Positions 9,598 through 21,155 of a DNA stretch of 64,000 nucleotides are shown here, in pieces. Positions within the stretch are counted from its first letter, which is position 1. The number at the start of each line of letters is the position of its first letter. The stretch comes from an uncultured Erysipelotrichaceae bacterium. Lineage in GTDB: Bacteria; Bacillota_I; Bacilli_A; RFN20; CAG-826. The DNA lies in NCBI GenBank assembly GCA_902785645.1, contig CACZZG010000002.1, positions 17,936-81,935 of the forward strand, read 5' to 3'. The notes under the pieces were generated by a model that saw only the letters and a list, made by a program, of their open reading frames with translations, was not told the origin of the DNA and did not search any database. A program made the position numbers and the translations under genes.

Positions 9598-10956
9598 ATG
9601 AAGATTGTAGGAAAAACTAAGTGCTATATTGTCATCGGACTTACCATTCTCCCACTTGTCATCGCGGGGTCGGCTTTGTTGCACTCCAACAATACAATTA
9701 ATCCTTCAAAGGCATCACAATTTAATGCTTATCTAAATATCGATAACGCTCCAGAATTAACTGCTGGTGAAGGCGCTATGACTGATGAAAAAGGTGTTAG
9801 ATGGGAATACCATAATGCATCTGATTATTTATCAGGCCATGTTTCTCTTAACCATCAAGGATATGTTGGTGTTTCCTCTTCCACACAATGGGGATATACC
9901 GAAATTGATTCTTTAACTGTTAATTTCACTGCTGGTGAAAAAGGAGAATTATGGTTATTAACATCTATTGATGGTGTTAACTGGGAAGAGGGAGAAATCT
10001 TAACAAGCAATACTGAAACACATGCCGCAGATAATTGGAGATTTGTTCGTTTCTATTATTGGGATGAAGAGGAAAATACTGCGGACATTACATCTATCCA
10101 TATTGGTTATGGTTGTACTGGTGTAAGTAGTGTTGATGATTCAGATTTATCTAATATCAGTAATGTCAGAAAACACGATGACCTAGATGCCACGGAAGAA
10201 TATGAAAATGTCTCTCCAAGACTTAATAGCACTAAAGCATTAAGACTTACCACTACTTCTGGTAGATCAACAAGTTCAACTAAGCATCAAACAATATTTA
10301 ACATTGCCGAAACTACTTTAAAAAAGCTACAGGGTTACAAAATAGAGTTTGACTACTATTACGCACGTAAGAGAGATCCAAAGAAAGCACCCGGTTATCC
10401 ATCACTTAGAATGGCAAATGCTACTGGAACTGTCGGCTTATTAAGATCATATGATGAAAATATCGATGCCTTTACATGCGAAGATATCGGTGATGGCTGG
10501 TGGCACATGGAATGTTATATCACATATATCATGCAGGCCGCTGAACATAATTTAAATACAGCAGTAACAGGTATTTCACTTTTTGATGAAGCCATTTATG
10601 TCCATGATAGAGATGGCCAAGAATTCACTGGCTATGTAATCATAGACAACTTGTTCCTCACTAATCATGAACGTTCAGGAACTGTCTCAAATTCATGGAC
10701 TACAGTGAAAATAGGTGCAACAGGTAATGATCGATATTTCATTAGAGAGAATTTCGTTGGTTCAATACATGAAACCACATATAGCTGTTCTGATACATCA
10801 AAAGCAACATTGTTCTATGAAAAGAAAAACAACAATAAATTGTGCTTTATTCAAGGATTGGAAGAGGGCACTATTGTCGTGACCATAACTTATAAACTTG
10901 GTTATGATCGAGAAACAGTAGTTGTTCATACAAAAACATTGAGTGTTGAATATTAA
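9598..10956 (+). CDS. Hypothetical secreted or N-terminally anchored protein with two related central domains and a C-terminal Ig-like segment.
   Basis: 452-aa ORF with an N-terminal hydrophobic anchor. No recognisable catalytic motif. Followed by a terminator. Confidence 0.5.
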   Translation: MKIVGKTKCYIVIGLTILPLVIAGSALLHSNNTINPSKASQFNAYLNIDNAPELTAGEGAMTDEKGVRWEYHNASDYLSGHVSLNHQGYVGVSSSTQWGYTEIDSLTVNFTAGEKGELWLLTSIDGVNWEEGEILTSNTETHAADNWRFVRFYYWDEEENTADITSIHIGYGCTGVSSVDDSDLSNISNVRKHDDLDATEEYENVSPRLNSTKALRLTTTSGRSTSSTKHQTIFNIAETTLKKLQGYKIEFDYYYARKRDPKKAPGYPSLRMANATGTVGLLRSYDENIDAFTCEDIGDGWWHMECYITYIMQAAEHNLNTAVTGISLFDEAIYVHDRDGQEFTGYVIIDNLFLTNHERSGTVSNSWTTVKIGATGNDRYFIRENFVGSIHETTYSCSDTSKATLFYEKKNNNKLCFIQGLEEGTIVVTITYKLGYDRETVVVHTKTLSVEY

Positions 10957-10983
10957 AAGGGGTTACTAATGTACCCCTTTTTG
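10955..10983 (+). terminator. Rho-independent terminator.
   Basis: aaaaGGGGttactaatgtaCCCCttttt. Confidence 0.6.
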
Positions 10984-11035
10984 TTTGCTGTTCATATATG
11001 TACTTCCTTAAAGCAAAGATGTGCAAGAGCAAAAG

Positions 11036-11062
11036 AAAAAGCCGAACTAACGCTCGGCTTCA
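11036..11062 (-). terminator. Rho-independent terminator of the ABC exporter operon.
   Basis: Minus strand reads gaaGCCGAgcgttagtTCGGCttttt. Confidence 0.55.
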
Positions 11063-11076
11063 TCAAATAATTTGGA

Positions 11077-12864
11077 TTAATTGAATTGAGAATTATAAAT
11101 CTCGCTATAAAGTCCACCAAGTTTCATTAATGAATCATGGTTACCGGTTTCAACGATATTGCCATCTTTCATAACGAAGATTAAATCCGCATTCTTAATC
11201 GTGGAAAGTCTATGGGCAATAACGAAGCTTGTTCTACCACTTGTTAAGGAGTCCATGGCTTTTTGAATCAAGATTTCTGTTCTTGTATCAACATTACTTG
11301 TGGCTTCATCAAGAATTAACATTGGGGCATTTTCCGTCATCGCTCTAGCGATAGTAACAAGTTGTTTTTGTCCCGCGGATAAAGCGCTTTCCTTTTGAAT
11401 TTCAGTGTCAAGTCCTTGTGGAAGAGAATCGACATAGTGACTTAAATTTGTTTCTTCAAGAATTTCTTGGAGTCTATTTTCATCAACGTCTTTTAAGTTA
11501 TAAACAATATTTTCTCTTAATGTGCCATTAATGACCCATGTTTCTTGTAAGATCATACCGAAGATATCTCTAAGTTCTTGACGAGACATTTCTTTAATAG
11601 AAACACCATCCACTAAGATATCACCACTTGTGAGCTCATAGAATCTCATCAATAAGTTGACTAAGGTTGTTTTTCCGGCGCCTGTAGGACCAATAATCGC
11701 GACCTTCATACCAGGAGTAATCTTGCCAGAGAAATGTTTGATGGTGAGTTTATTTGGATCATAACCGAAGCAAACATCTTTAAACTCGACTTCACCACGG
11801 ATATGGCTGTGATCAAGGAGGGTTTTCTTTTCGCCTTCGTCTTCAAGTTCTTCACGTTCGAGGAAGGTAAACACCCTATTACATGCTGCAGTACCAAGTT
11901 GAATGGTTGAGCTGGCTTGGCCAATTTGAGCAAGAGGTTCTTGGAACAAGGAAACGTAAACGATAAATCCAGTAATAACACCGATATCGCTAATTTTGCC
12001 GTGAGCAAACAATAGTCCAGCGGTGATTAATACTGCTGCATAAGTCAAATAAGAGACGAATGACATTGCTGGTTCAATTAAGCTACCAATGGCTTGTGAT
12101 TTATATAAAATCCCACCAAAAACGTCATTTTTCTTCTTAAATTCTTCAACTTTCTTACTTTCTGCATTGAAGGCTTTGATAACGAGTTGACCAGAATAAT
12201 TTTCTTCAACGGTCGCGTTAACTTCACCAAGAAGTTTTTGATTCTTATCAAATAATGGCAAAGCATATTTGAAGGTAAGAATGATGATGACGAGCATAAT
12301 TGGAAGCGAGCAGATAACCACAAGGGCCATTTGCCAACAAGCAATGAACATCGCAATAAAGACACCGATTAACATGACTCCGGATTGCACCAACATACTG
12401 ACGGAGTTTTGTAATGATGTACCAAGTGTATCGACATCGTTAGTAATAACGGAGAGGATATCACCGGTTTGTGTGGTGTCAAAGTAATTAAGAGGCATCT
12501 TGTTGATTTTACAAGAGATTTGTCTTCTTAAATCTTTGGAATATTTTTGAATAATGGTGTTGAGAATAAATCCGGATATTAATCCAGTAATAAATGCAGC
12601 ACCAATATAAATAACAAGGAGGATTGCATAATGCAAAACTTGTTTTGCGTCGATGAAGAACTTGCCATCCACTAGTTCTTTTCCGACAGGAGAGATTTCA
12701 TTGGTCAAACTACGAATTGTTCCTGGAGTCATAATTGTGCAGACAACAGAACCAATCAATAAAATGATGGAAATAATAAATGGGAAATAATATTTGCGGA
12801 AGGATTTAACTAAGCTACCTAATTTATTTTTTTGTTTAGGCGCGGCACTAATGTTTTTACTCAT
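11077..12864 (-). CDS. ABC transporter, fused permease/ATP-binding subunit (type I exporter, multidrug/lipid export-like).
   Basis: 595 aa. Six N-terminal TM helices, then Walker A GPTGAGKTT, signature LSAGQKQ and Walker B ILDEATS. Confidence 0.85.
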   Translation of the reverse strand: MSKNISAAPKQKNKLGSLVKSFRKYYFPFIISIILLIGSVVCTIMTPGTIRSLTNEISPVGKELVDGKFFIDAKQVLHYAILLVIYIGAAFITGLISGFILNTIIQKYSKDLRRQISCKINKMPLNYFDTTQTGDILSVITNDVDTLGTSLQNSVSMLVQSGVMLIGVFIAMFIACWQMALVVICSLPIMLVIIILTFKYALPLFDKNQKLLGEVNATVEENYSGQLVIKAFNAESKKVEEFKKKNDVFGGILYKSQAIGSLIEPAMSFVSYLTYAAVLITAGLLFAHGKISDIGVITGFIVYVSLFQEPLAQIGQASSTIQLGTAACNRVFTFLEREELEDEGEKKTLLDHSHIRGEVEFKDVCFGYDPNKLTIKHFSGKITPGMKVAIIGPTGAGKTTLVNLLMRFYELTSGDILVDGVSIKEMSRQELRDIFGMILQETWVINGTLRENIVYNLKDVDENRLQEILEETNLSHYVDSLPQGLDTEIQKESALSAGQKQLVTIARAMTENAPMLILDEATSNVDTRTEILIQKAMDSLTSGRTSFVIAHRLSTIKNADLIFVMKDGNIVETGNHDSLMKLGGLYSEIYNSQFN

Positions 12865-14609
12865 AGTCCTAATTCCTCCTTACTTAATTGTGATAACGCA
12901 ATTTCTTGATAAACCGGACAATTCCTCACTAAGTCATGGTGTTTACCAATACCCACCATTTGTCCATGGTCCAAAACAACGATTTGGTCAGCATCCATAA
13001 TCGTTCCTACGCGTTGAGCAATAATAACTCTTGTAGTGTTTGGTAGTTGTTCAGCAATACGGGCTCTAACAGTTTTATCGGTCTTATAGTCTAAAGCCGA
13101 GAAAGAGTCATCAAATATTAATATTTCTGGTTTGGTAGCCACTGCTCTAGCGATACAAAGTCTTTGTTTTTGACCACCAGAGAAGTTGCTTCCACCCTGA
13201 GCAACCTCAGATTCATATCCATTTCTCTTATTCATGACAAAGCCATCAGCATCAGCTATTTGTGCAGCCCATCTAATATCAGTAAGAGTCATATTTGGAT
13301 CTTTGAAAGCAATATTGTCTTTGATATTTCCTTTAAAGAGGAATCCTCTTTGTGGAGCATAACCAATACGGTCTCTTAAATCTTTTTGTAAAACGTCTTT
13401 GACATTAACACCATCAACGAGAACTTCACCGCTTGTACAGTCCGCCATACGTGGAATCATATTGATGATTGTGGTCTTACCACTACCAGTTGCTCCAATA
13501 AAAGCGATTGTTTCACCTTTTTTGACTTTAAAGGAAATATTTGAAACGGCTTCTTTTTCTGAACCAGGATAAGCAAAGCCGACATTTTTAAATTCGATTG
13601 TTCCTTCCTCTTTAAATTCCACTGGATTATCGGTATCTAATACAGAAACTTTATGGGTTATAACTTCGCGAATACGTTTTGCGGAGACAGAAGCTCTTGG
13701 CCAAATAACGATTAATGTCACAAGAAGAATAAATGACATAACGACTTGGCTGGCCAACATGACAAATGCGTTCGTAGAACTGAAGACTGCTGTAGCGGCT
13801 TCAGCATCTAAACCATTAATAACATAAGCGCTGGCCCAAAGAATGGATAACGAAAGACCCATCATGACCATCGTGACTAATGGGGTAAATACAGCAAGGA
13901 CTCTACCAGTAAAGATTTGTACTTTTGTAAATGATTTATTAACCTTTTCAAATTTTTCTTCTTGATATGATTCAGCATTAAAAGCTCTAACAACTCTCAC
14001 GCCTGTTAAGTTTTCTCTTGAGGAAACGTTAAGAGCGTCGGTTAATTTTTGAACGACTTTAAATTTTGGTGTCACTAATAACAATAAAACAATGACAGCT
14101 ACCACAAGAATAAGTAACCAAATAGCGGTAACAATTGTTAAATTTGTGTTAGCATATTGAACCAAAAGAATAATAGACCACACCATTGTAATTGGGGCTA
14201 CAAACGCAGTCTTTAAGAATGTGAGCCACGCTAAATGGACATTTTGCATATCGTTTGTGGTTCTTGTAATAAGAGATTCGGTTGAGAACGAAGCAAAGTC
14301 TGCAATCGCAAACTCATTAACTCTTCTATACATCTTTTCTCTTAAATAAGTGACGGTTCTACTCGCTGTAGCACTAGCCACAAAACGAATAATGATTTCC
14401 ACTGCCGCCATCAAAATAGCACATATGACCATGTATAAGCCATACCACCAAATTTCAGGTACATTCTTTGCGGTTACTGCGTTAGTAAGCAAACTAATGT
14501 AAGTGACAATTTGCATCATGAAGAACACCTGGCCGACCGTCAAAAGAAAAATACCAATGACAGATATCCAGTCTTTTGCCTTCATGTTCTTGAAAAGTAA
14601 CTTGAACAT
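12861..14609 (-). CDS. ABC transporter, fused permease/ATP-binding subunit; heterodimer partner of the downstream exporter.
   Basis: 582 aa. GATGSGKTT, LSGGQKQR, IFDDSFSALD. Overlaps the partner gene by 4 nt. Confidence 0.85.
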   Translation of the reverse strand: MFKLLFKNMKAKDWISVIGIFLLTVGQVFFMMQIVTYISLLTNAVTAKNVPEIWWYGLYMVICAILMAAVEIIIRFVASATASRTVTYLREKMYRRVNEFAIADFASFSTESLITRTTNDMQNVHLAWLTFLKTAFVAPITMVWSIILLVQYANTNLTIVTAIWLLILVVAVIVLLLLVTPKFKVVQKLTDALNVSSRENLTGVRVVRAFNAESYQEEKFEKVNKSFTKVQIFTGRVLAVFTPLVTMVMMGLSLSILWASAYVINGLDAEAATAVFSSTNAFVMLASQVVMSFILLVTLIVIWPRASVSAKRIREVITHKVSVLDTDNPVEFKEEGTIEFKNVGFAYPGSEKEAVSNISFKVKKGETIAFIGATGSGKTTIINMIPRMADCTSGEVLVDGVNVKDVLQKDLRDRIGYAPQRGFLFKGNIKDNIAFKDPNMTLTDIRWAAQIADADGFVMNKRNGYESEVAQGGSNFSGGQKQRLCIARAVATKPEILIFDDSFSALDYKTDKTVRARIAEQLPNTTRVIIAQRVGTIMDADQIVVLDHGQMVGIGKHHDLVRNCPVYQEIALSQLSKEELGL

Positions 14610-14907
14610 GATTTTCCTCCTAAAAAAATTATGTAAATAAATAGAAACAGCAGACCAAATCGAGTAATTTTTGTTGTTTCAATCAAACGATCATTACAAA
14701 GATAATTTGCATCGCTATTTCGTATATTCCTATAACATTTTATATACTTACAACTTATTAAAACAAGAAGATATTTTGCTTGAGAAAAAAATGTTTTTAA
14801 AGTGCAATTTAAAGTGCAATTTTCACTTAAGAATCGTCAGGTTCTGGATACAAGAAAATCATTTTTTATTGTTTGTTGAATTAATCGGCGTTTTTTACAA
14901 TGTGTTT

Positions 14908-15268
14908 ATGTCAATCGCCAAACTAGAAATTAATCATTTAGATAAGCCTTTTGGCGTTTCTCCTTTTGATAATAGTTTTTCATTTATCAGCGATGAAGAA
15001 GGATCCTTTACTGTATCAATAGAGCAGAATAATAAAGTTATCGAGAAAAAAGTTGTTCTCTTTAAGGGCTCTATCTCCTTTTATTTTGATACACCTTTGG
15101 AATATGGTCAGAAATATACTTATAAAGTTTCTTCTTCCTCTTGAATTAAAAGTTACTATACCTAATGGAGTAATGGCCACAATAAAATTACCTGATGGTA
15201 CAACCCATGATGTTGTGGGTAGAAGATATTCATTCACTGCAAAATTTAAAAATCCTCAGTTATACTGA
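14908..15268 (+). pseudogene. Possible decayed remnant of an alpha-L-rhamnosidase-like gene: a 79-codon N-terminal fragment, then a frame change.
   Basis: MSIAKLEINHLDKPFGVSPFDNSFSFI...YTYKVSS resembles the Bac_rhamnosid_N start (LRCEYL.NPLGID...PRFSW...YYWKVRV). The ORF stops after 79 codons. No downstream catalytic domain. Confidence 0.3.
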
Positions 15269-15276
15269 GGATATTT
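15250..15276. terminator. Bidirectional hairpin terminator immediately downstream of pyrG.
   Basis: aatCCTCAGTtatACTGAGGatatttttt. Confidence 0.5.
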
Positions 15277-15281
15277 TTTGG

Positions 15282-16895
<1,614 letters not shown>

Positions 16896-18674
16896 CTATT
16901 CCACCGTCACGCTTTTCGCGAGATTTCTCGGTTTATCAACATTTAAGCCTTTTGCTAAAGCTACATAGTAGGCGAGATAGAACGCTACTGTCGATATCGC
17001 CACACTTGATAAATAAGGTGCGTAGTCATTAACAATAATTGTATCTCCTTGTTGGGAGAGGCTTCTTGTAGAAATGACATAGACTTTTGCGCCTCTAGAT
17101 TTCACTTCTTCTATATTCCCGCGCATACTTGCGGCGGTTGTTGGGTCGGTGATGAAGACGATAACTGGTAATCCATCTTCGATTAAGGCAATAGGTCCGT
17201 GTTTAAGTTCTCCACCAGGAATAGCTTCTGAATGGATGTAACTAATTTCTTTCAGTTTTAAGGACGCTTCTAAAGAAAGGAAGTAATCATAGCTTCTTCC
17301 TAAATAGAAGATATTTTGATGATCTTTTAATTCGCCCGCCGTCTTTTGGATGATTGGTTTGTAATTATTTTGAATATCTTCCACCACTTCAATACAGTGT
17401 TTTAAATCATCAATCACTGAATAATCATCTTTTAAGCTAGCAGCGAGTAACGCTAACAAGGTTGTTTGAGCGACATAGGCTTTCGTAGATGCCACAGAAA
17501 CTTCGATGCCGGCGTGTAAAAGAAGAGAATAATGACTATTTCTATCTAATGTTGAACCACCGGTATTTGTAATAATCAAATTATTAAGATTTTGTTGTTT
17601 AATGATATTCAAGCAGTGAATCAAATCAGCGGTTTCACCTGATTGAGAAATTAAAATAACAAATGGTTTTTGTCCTGGAAAGGTTGGATGGAAAGCCCAT
17701 TCTGAAGCGATAAAACGACTCGCGGATTTTCCATAGTTTTCAAAATATCTACCACCCACTAAAGAGACATGATAAGAAGTACCACAAGCAATAAAGATGA
17801 TGTGATCTGATTCATTTAAATCTTTGATTAATTGGGGATCAAATTGATATTTATTATTAATATAATAATTATTCACAATACGATTAATGACAGGGCTGAT
17901 TTCCTCAATCTCTTTGAGCATGTAATGAGGATATCCTTTTAAGTCATGAGAGATTAATTCAATATCCTTGTTGATAATCTTGGCTTGAATTGGATTACCT
18001 TCTCTATCAAATACTTTTGCTTCCTTTTCATTGATAACAGCGAAAGAGAAATCATCAAGTTCAATAAAGTCGTTCGTATATTTCACAAGAGGTGAAGCAT
18101 CTGATGCGACTAAGTTAAATCCATCACCCACACCGATAACTAATGGTGATGAATTTTTAAATAAGTAAAGTGTGTTTGGATCATTATTAGTAAAGAAGAC
18201 AATCGCGTAGCTACCGATGATTAAAGACATGGTTTCTTTAATCGCAGACTTAACATCTTTCTTTTCTAGATAATAGTATTCCAACAAATTAGCGACCGCT
18301 TCAGAGTCGGTTTCACCATAAAAGCGATAGCCTTTTTCAAAAAGGAAATCTTTAATTTCTTTATAGTTATCAATCACCCCGTTATGAACGAGGCAAATGC
18401 GTTTGTTAAAAGATATATGAGGATGTGTATTTCTGATATCTGGCGAACCATGTGTAGCCCAACGGGTATGACCAATAATTAAATTGGTCTGAATATTTTG
18501 TGGAGTAATACTCATGAGATGTTCCACACTACCGACATCTTTAATAATGTCGATGCCATTAGAAAAGAAACCGATACCCGCTGAATCATATCCGCGGTAA
18601 TCGAGCATCTTTAATCCTTTTTGAACATATTCGAGAGGATTATTTAATCCAATTGCTCCAACAATTCCACACAT
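16896..18674 (-). CDS. glmS: Glutamine--fructose-6-phosphate aminotransferase (isomerising).
   Basis: 592 aa. N-terminal MCGIVGAIG Ntn-amidotransferase and two SIS domains. Starts 2 nt after the glnA stop, so there is no room for a leader or ribozyme. Confidence 0.95.
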   Translation of the reverse strand: MCGIVGAIGLNNPLEYVQKGLKMLDYRGYDSAGIGFFSNGIDIIKDVGSVEHLMSITPQNIQTNLIIGHTRWATHGSPDIRNTHPHISFNKRICLVHNGVIDNYKEIKDFLFEKGYRFYGETDSEAVANLLEYYYLEKKDVKSAIKETMSLIIGSYAIVFFTNNDPNTLYLFKNSSPLVIGVGDGFNLVASDASPLVKYTNDFIELDDFSFAVINEKEAKVFDREGNPIQAKIINKDIELISHDLKGYPHYMLKEIEEISPVINRIVNNYYINNKYQFDPQLIKDLNESDHIIFIACGTSYHVSLVGGRYFENYGKSASRFIASEWAFHPTFPGQKPFVILISQSGETADLIHCLNIIKQQNLNNLIITNTGGSTLDRNSHYSLLLHAGIEVSVASTKAYVAQTTLLALLAASLKDDYSVIDDLKHCIEVVEDIQNNYKPIIQKTAGELKDHQNIFYLGRSYDYFLSLEASLKLKEISYIHSEAIPGGELKHGPIALIEDGLPVIVFITDPTTAASMRGNIEEVKSRGAKVYVISTRSLSQQGDTIIVNDYAPYLSSVAISTVAFYLAYYVALAKGLNVDKPRNLAKSVTVE

Positions 18675-18676
18675 CT

Positions 18677-20011
18677 CTATCTACCTAAATATTTCTTTAA
18701 TTCAAATTCACTAACTGTGGTGTGATATTCCTTCCACTCTTTTTCTTTTGCTTCAATATATTTAGGGAACAAATGTTCACCTAAAGTATCTTTAAGAATA
18801 TCACTCTTTTTGAGTTCTTCAATCGCAGAGTGAAGTGTTTCTGGTAAACAAACAATCTTTCTTTCTTTAATTTCATCTTCACTTAAATCAAATAAGTTAT
18901 CATTCACAGGAGGAACAATATTTTCATCTTTGATGTTTTTAATACCATATAAACCACAGGCAAGAATACCCGCTAAAGCGAGATATGGATTTGCACATGG
19001 ATCAACATTTCTTAATTCTGTTCTTGTCGCAGAACCTCTAATCGCAGGAATACGAACCAAAGAACTTCTATTTGCGTCGCTCCAACAAGCATAGATAGGA
19101 GCTTCATAACCGCTGACCAATCTCTTATAAGAGTTAACAATTGGGTTGGTTAATAAACTGAGTTCTCTGGCATGCATCAAAATACCAGATATCCATTTCT
19201 TACACATCACTGATAATTCCATGTCCTCATTTGGATCATAGAACAAATCACCTTTCTCCTTTGTATACAAAGAGCAATTCGTGTGCATACCATTACCAGC
19301 TTGTTTGTTTAATGGTTTTGGCATAAATGAAGCAAGGTATCCATTCTTTCTGGCTACCATTTTTACGACTTGTTTAAATGTTTGGACACGGTCGCAAGCA
19401 GAAACGACATCTGTGTATTTAAATGTAATTTCATTTTGTCCTGGGCCGACTTCGTGGTGAGAGGCTTGTACTTCAAAGCCCATCTTCTCTAACATCAAAG
19501 CGATTTCTCTTCTGATGTTTTCACCACCATCGAATGGGGATAAATCAAAATAGGAAGCGTGGTCACTACATCGTGTGGAAACACTACCATCTTCATTCAA
19601 TTTAAAAAGATAGAATTCTGGCTCAAAACCAACATACATAGTTTCGATGCCCATTTCTTGCATTTTTGCCACTTCTTTTTTCAAAATATAGCGCGGATCT
19701 CCAATGAACGGCTTTCCATCAGGAGTATAAACATCACAAATAAATCTGGCGACACCACCTAAAGAAGAATCTTCAAATGGGAGAATCATGAAGGTATCTA
19801 AATCTGGGTGAAGATACATGTCGGCTTCCTTGATTCTCACAAAACCTTCAATAGATGAACCATCAAACATAATCTTGTTATTTAAAGCATCATCTAATTT
19901 CTTGGTAGGAATCTCAACCGCTTTGATATCACCAAGCATGTCGGTAAATTGCATTCTGATGTAAGAGATGTTGTTCTCTTTAATAATCTCTTTTATATCT
20001 TCTTTTTTCAT
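18677..20011 (-). CDS. glnA: Glutamine synthetase type I.
   Basis: 444 aa. GS beta-grasp and catalytic domains. RBS GTGAGG. Confidence 0.95.
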   Translation of the reverse strand: MKKEDIKEIIKENNISYIRMQFTDMLGDIKAVEIPTKKLDDALNNKIMFDGSSIEGFVRIKEADMYLHPDLDTFMILPFEDSSLGGVARFICDVYTPDGKPFIGDPRYILKKEVAKMQEMGIETMYVGFEPEFYLFKLNEDGSVSTRCSDHASYFDLSPFDGGENIRREIALMLEKMGFEVQASHHEVGPGQNEITFKYTDVVSACDRVQTFKQVVKMVARKNGYLASFMPKPLNKQAGNGMHTNCSLYTKEKGDLFYDPNEDMELSVMCKKWISGILMHARELSLLTNPIVNSYKRLVSGYEAPIYACWSDANRSSLVRIPAIRGSATRTELRNVDPCANPYLALAGILACGLYGIKNIKDENIVPPVNDNLFDLSEDEIKERKIVCLPETLHSAIEELKKSDILKDTLGEHLFPKYIEAKEKEWKEYHTTVSEFELKKYLGR

Positions 20012-20080
20012 ATATGTGCCTCACACAAAAACATAGAAAAAATGTATAACTAAAGGACTGGTGCTGTCAATAAAAATAAT

Positions 20081-20098
20081 TGTAAAGTTTTATTTACA
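20081..20098. promoter_or_regulatory. Candidate GlnR/TnrA-type operator about 70 bp upstream of the glnA start.
   Basis: Palindrome TGTAAAGTTTTATTTACA. It resembles the TGTNA-N7-TNACA nitrogen-regulator box, but the spacer is one nt longer. Confidence 0.3.
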
Positions 20099-20183
20099 TG
20101 ATATTATTTTTGTATTTTTAACTATGTTAAGATTTTCTTAAATTAATGTAATTTTTATTAACATTATTATATTTTATTAAAAA

Positions 20184-20210
20184 CCCCAGCATCGTTACTG
20201 GGGGTATTTT
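20184..20210 (-). terminator. Rho-independent terminator separating the toxin-antitoxin cassette from the glnA promoter.
   Basis: CCCCAGcatcgttaCTGGGG flanked by A and T runs. Confidence 0.5.
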
Positions 20211-20261
20211 TGTAGTTTGATGAACTCACTTATCCGCTTTTGGACAATTTTATCTGTTCGT

Positions 20262-20320
20262 ATTATGTCGTGTTTAAAGTCATTCGCGGACAAGAAAAAA
20301 CCGAGTTTTACACCCGGCTT
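20262..20320. repeat. Repeat B, copy 1 (about 60 bp); ends in a terminator-like hairpin that overlaps the toxin-GNAT stop codon.
   Basis: attatgtcgtgtttaaagtcattcgcggacaagaaaaaaccgagttttacacccggctt, about 80% identical to 21594..21654. Confidence 0.7.
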
Positions 20321-21155
20321 ATAAATGTTTAATTGCTTTAATGATTTTCCTTTTTCTTCCTTGATATAATCCAGTGCCTTCATATATCAATTCAAATCCG
20401 CATTTCTCCAACACTCTTCTGCTGGCTTTATTAGCTGCTAAAGCGATGCCGATTATTTGTTTGAGATTCGTGTTGTTTTTGAGGTAATCCAAAAATAGAT
20501 TAACAGCTTTGGTGGCGTAACCATTGCCGGTATAAAACTCGGCGATGTGATAACCGATTTCCCATCCTTCTTCTATTTTTACTAATTGGACATAACCAAT
20601 ATTGGCGTTATCTTTCTTTCTTATAACTGCGTAGACAAAAGGTCCGTCTTTATTTTCATAACTAGATATAATTTGATCCACTACTTCAGTTGCTTCTTCT
20701 AATGAGCCAAATACCTCATCGGGAACGAATTTACGATTATTATCATCTTGCGAGTTTTTATAAACATCGTAATACATTGATTGATTCATTCTAACAATTT
20801 GCAGTCTGTCGTTTTCAATAATGATTTGTTTATTGCAAAGAACATCTTTGTTAACGATATTTTTCCAATCTTGATAATGAGATAAGACTCTTAAAATATA
20901 AACACATTTTGCAAGTTCGTTGACTTGATATATTGCTACATGATTAGCACATATTAAATAATATGCTTTAGCGTAGTCAAAAAAAGAATTAGCTATTTTA
21001 AGCCCGCTAAAAGGGAACTCTTCTAATTGTTCGAATCTATCAAATATTTTAAGGATATATTGCTTAGCAATTTCTAAATTATCTTTTCCAATAAAAAGTT
21101 TAATGCTTTCAAGATCAGAAAAAGCACTATTGGTGATGATGATTTTATATGTCAT
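20319..21155 (-). CDS. ParE/RelE-family toxin domain (aa 1-105) fused in frame to a GNAT N-acetyltransferase domain (aa 120-278).
   Basis: 278-aa continuous ORF. N-terminal part ...AIYQVNELAKCVYILRVLSHYQDW is a ParE/RelE fold signature. C-terminal part IGYVQL...GNGYATKAVNLFLDYL...NKASRRVLEKCGF is a RimJ/RimL-like GNAT. The start overlaps the antitoxin stop (ATGA). Confidence 0.6.
   Translation of the reverse strand: MTYKIIITNSAFSDLESIKLFIGKDNLEIAKQYILKIFDRFEQLEEFPFSGLKIANSFFDYAKAYYLICANHVAIYQVNELAKCVYILRVLSHYQDWKNIVNKDVLCNKQIIIENDRLQIVRMNQSMYYDVYKNSQDDNNRKFVPDEVFGSLEEATEVVDQIISSYENKDGPFVYAVIRKKDNANIGYVQLVKIEEGWEIGYHIAEFYTGNGYATKAVNLFLDYLKNNTNLKQIIGIALAANKASRRVLEKCGFELIYEGTGLYQGRKRKIIKAIKHL

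Noticed and set aside
14671-14907. N-terminal 79 codons of the 157-aa track ORF upstream of the rhamnosidase-like fragment.
   Set aside because: This is low-complexity AT-rich promoter DNA of the divergent ABC operon. It has no RBS and no similarity to the downstream fragment's family.
18674-18677. Looked for a glmS ribozyme or other leader in front of glmS.
   Set aside because: The glnA stop and glmS start are 2 nt apart, so no leader can exist. This is reported as an operon finding instead.
20012-20318. Considered a riboswitch or T-box in the 300-bp region upstream of glnA.
   Set aside because: The region is explained by two terminators of the upstream cassette plus a promoter and palindromic operator. 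There are no conserved riboswitch-like helices or a specifier/T-box sequence.
20195-20383. 62-aa minus-strand ORF overlapping the toxin-GNAT 3' end and repeat B.
   Set aside because: It lies across two terminator hairpins and a repeat, with no RBS. Judged spurious.
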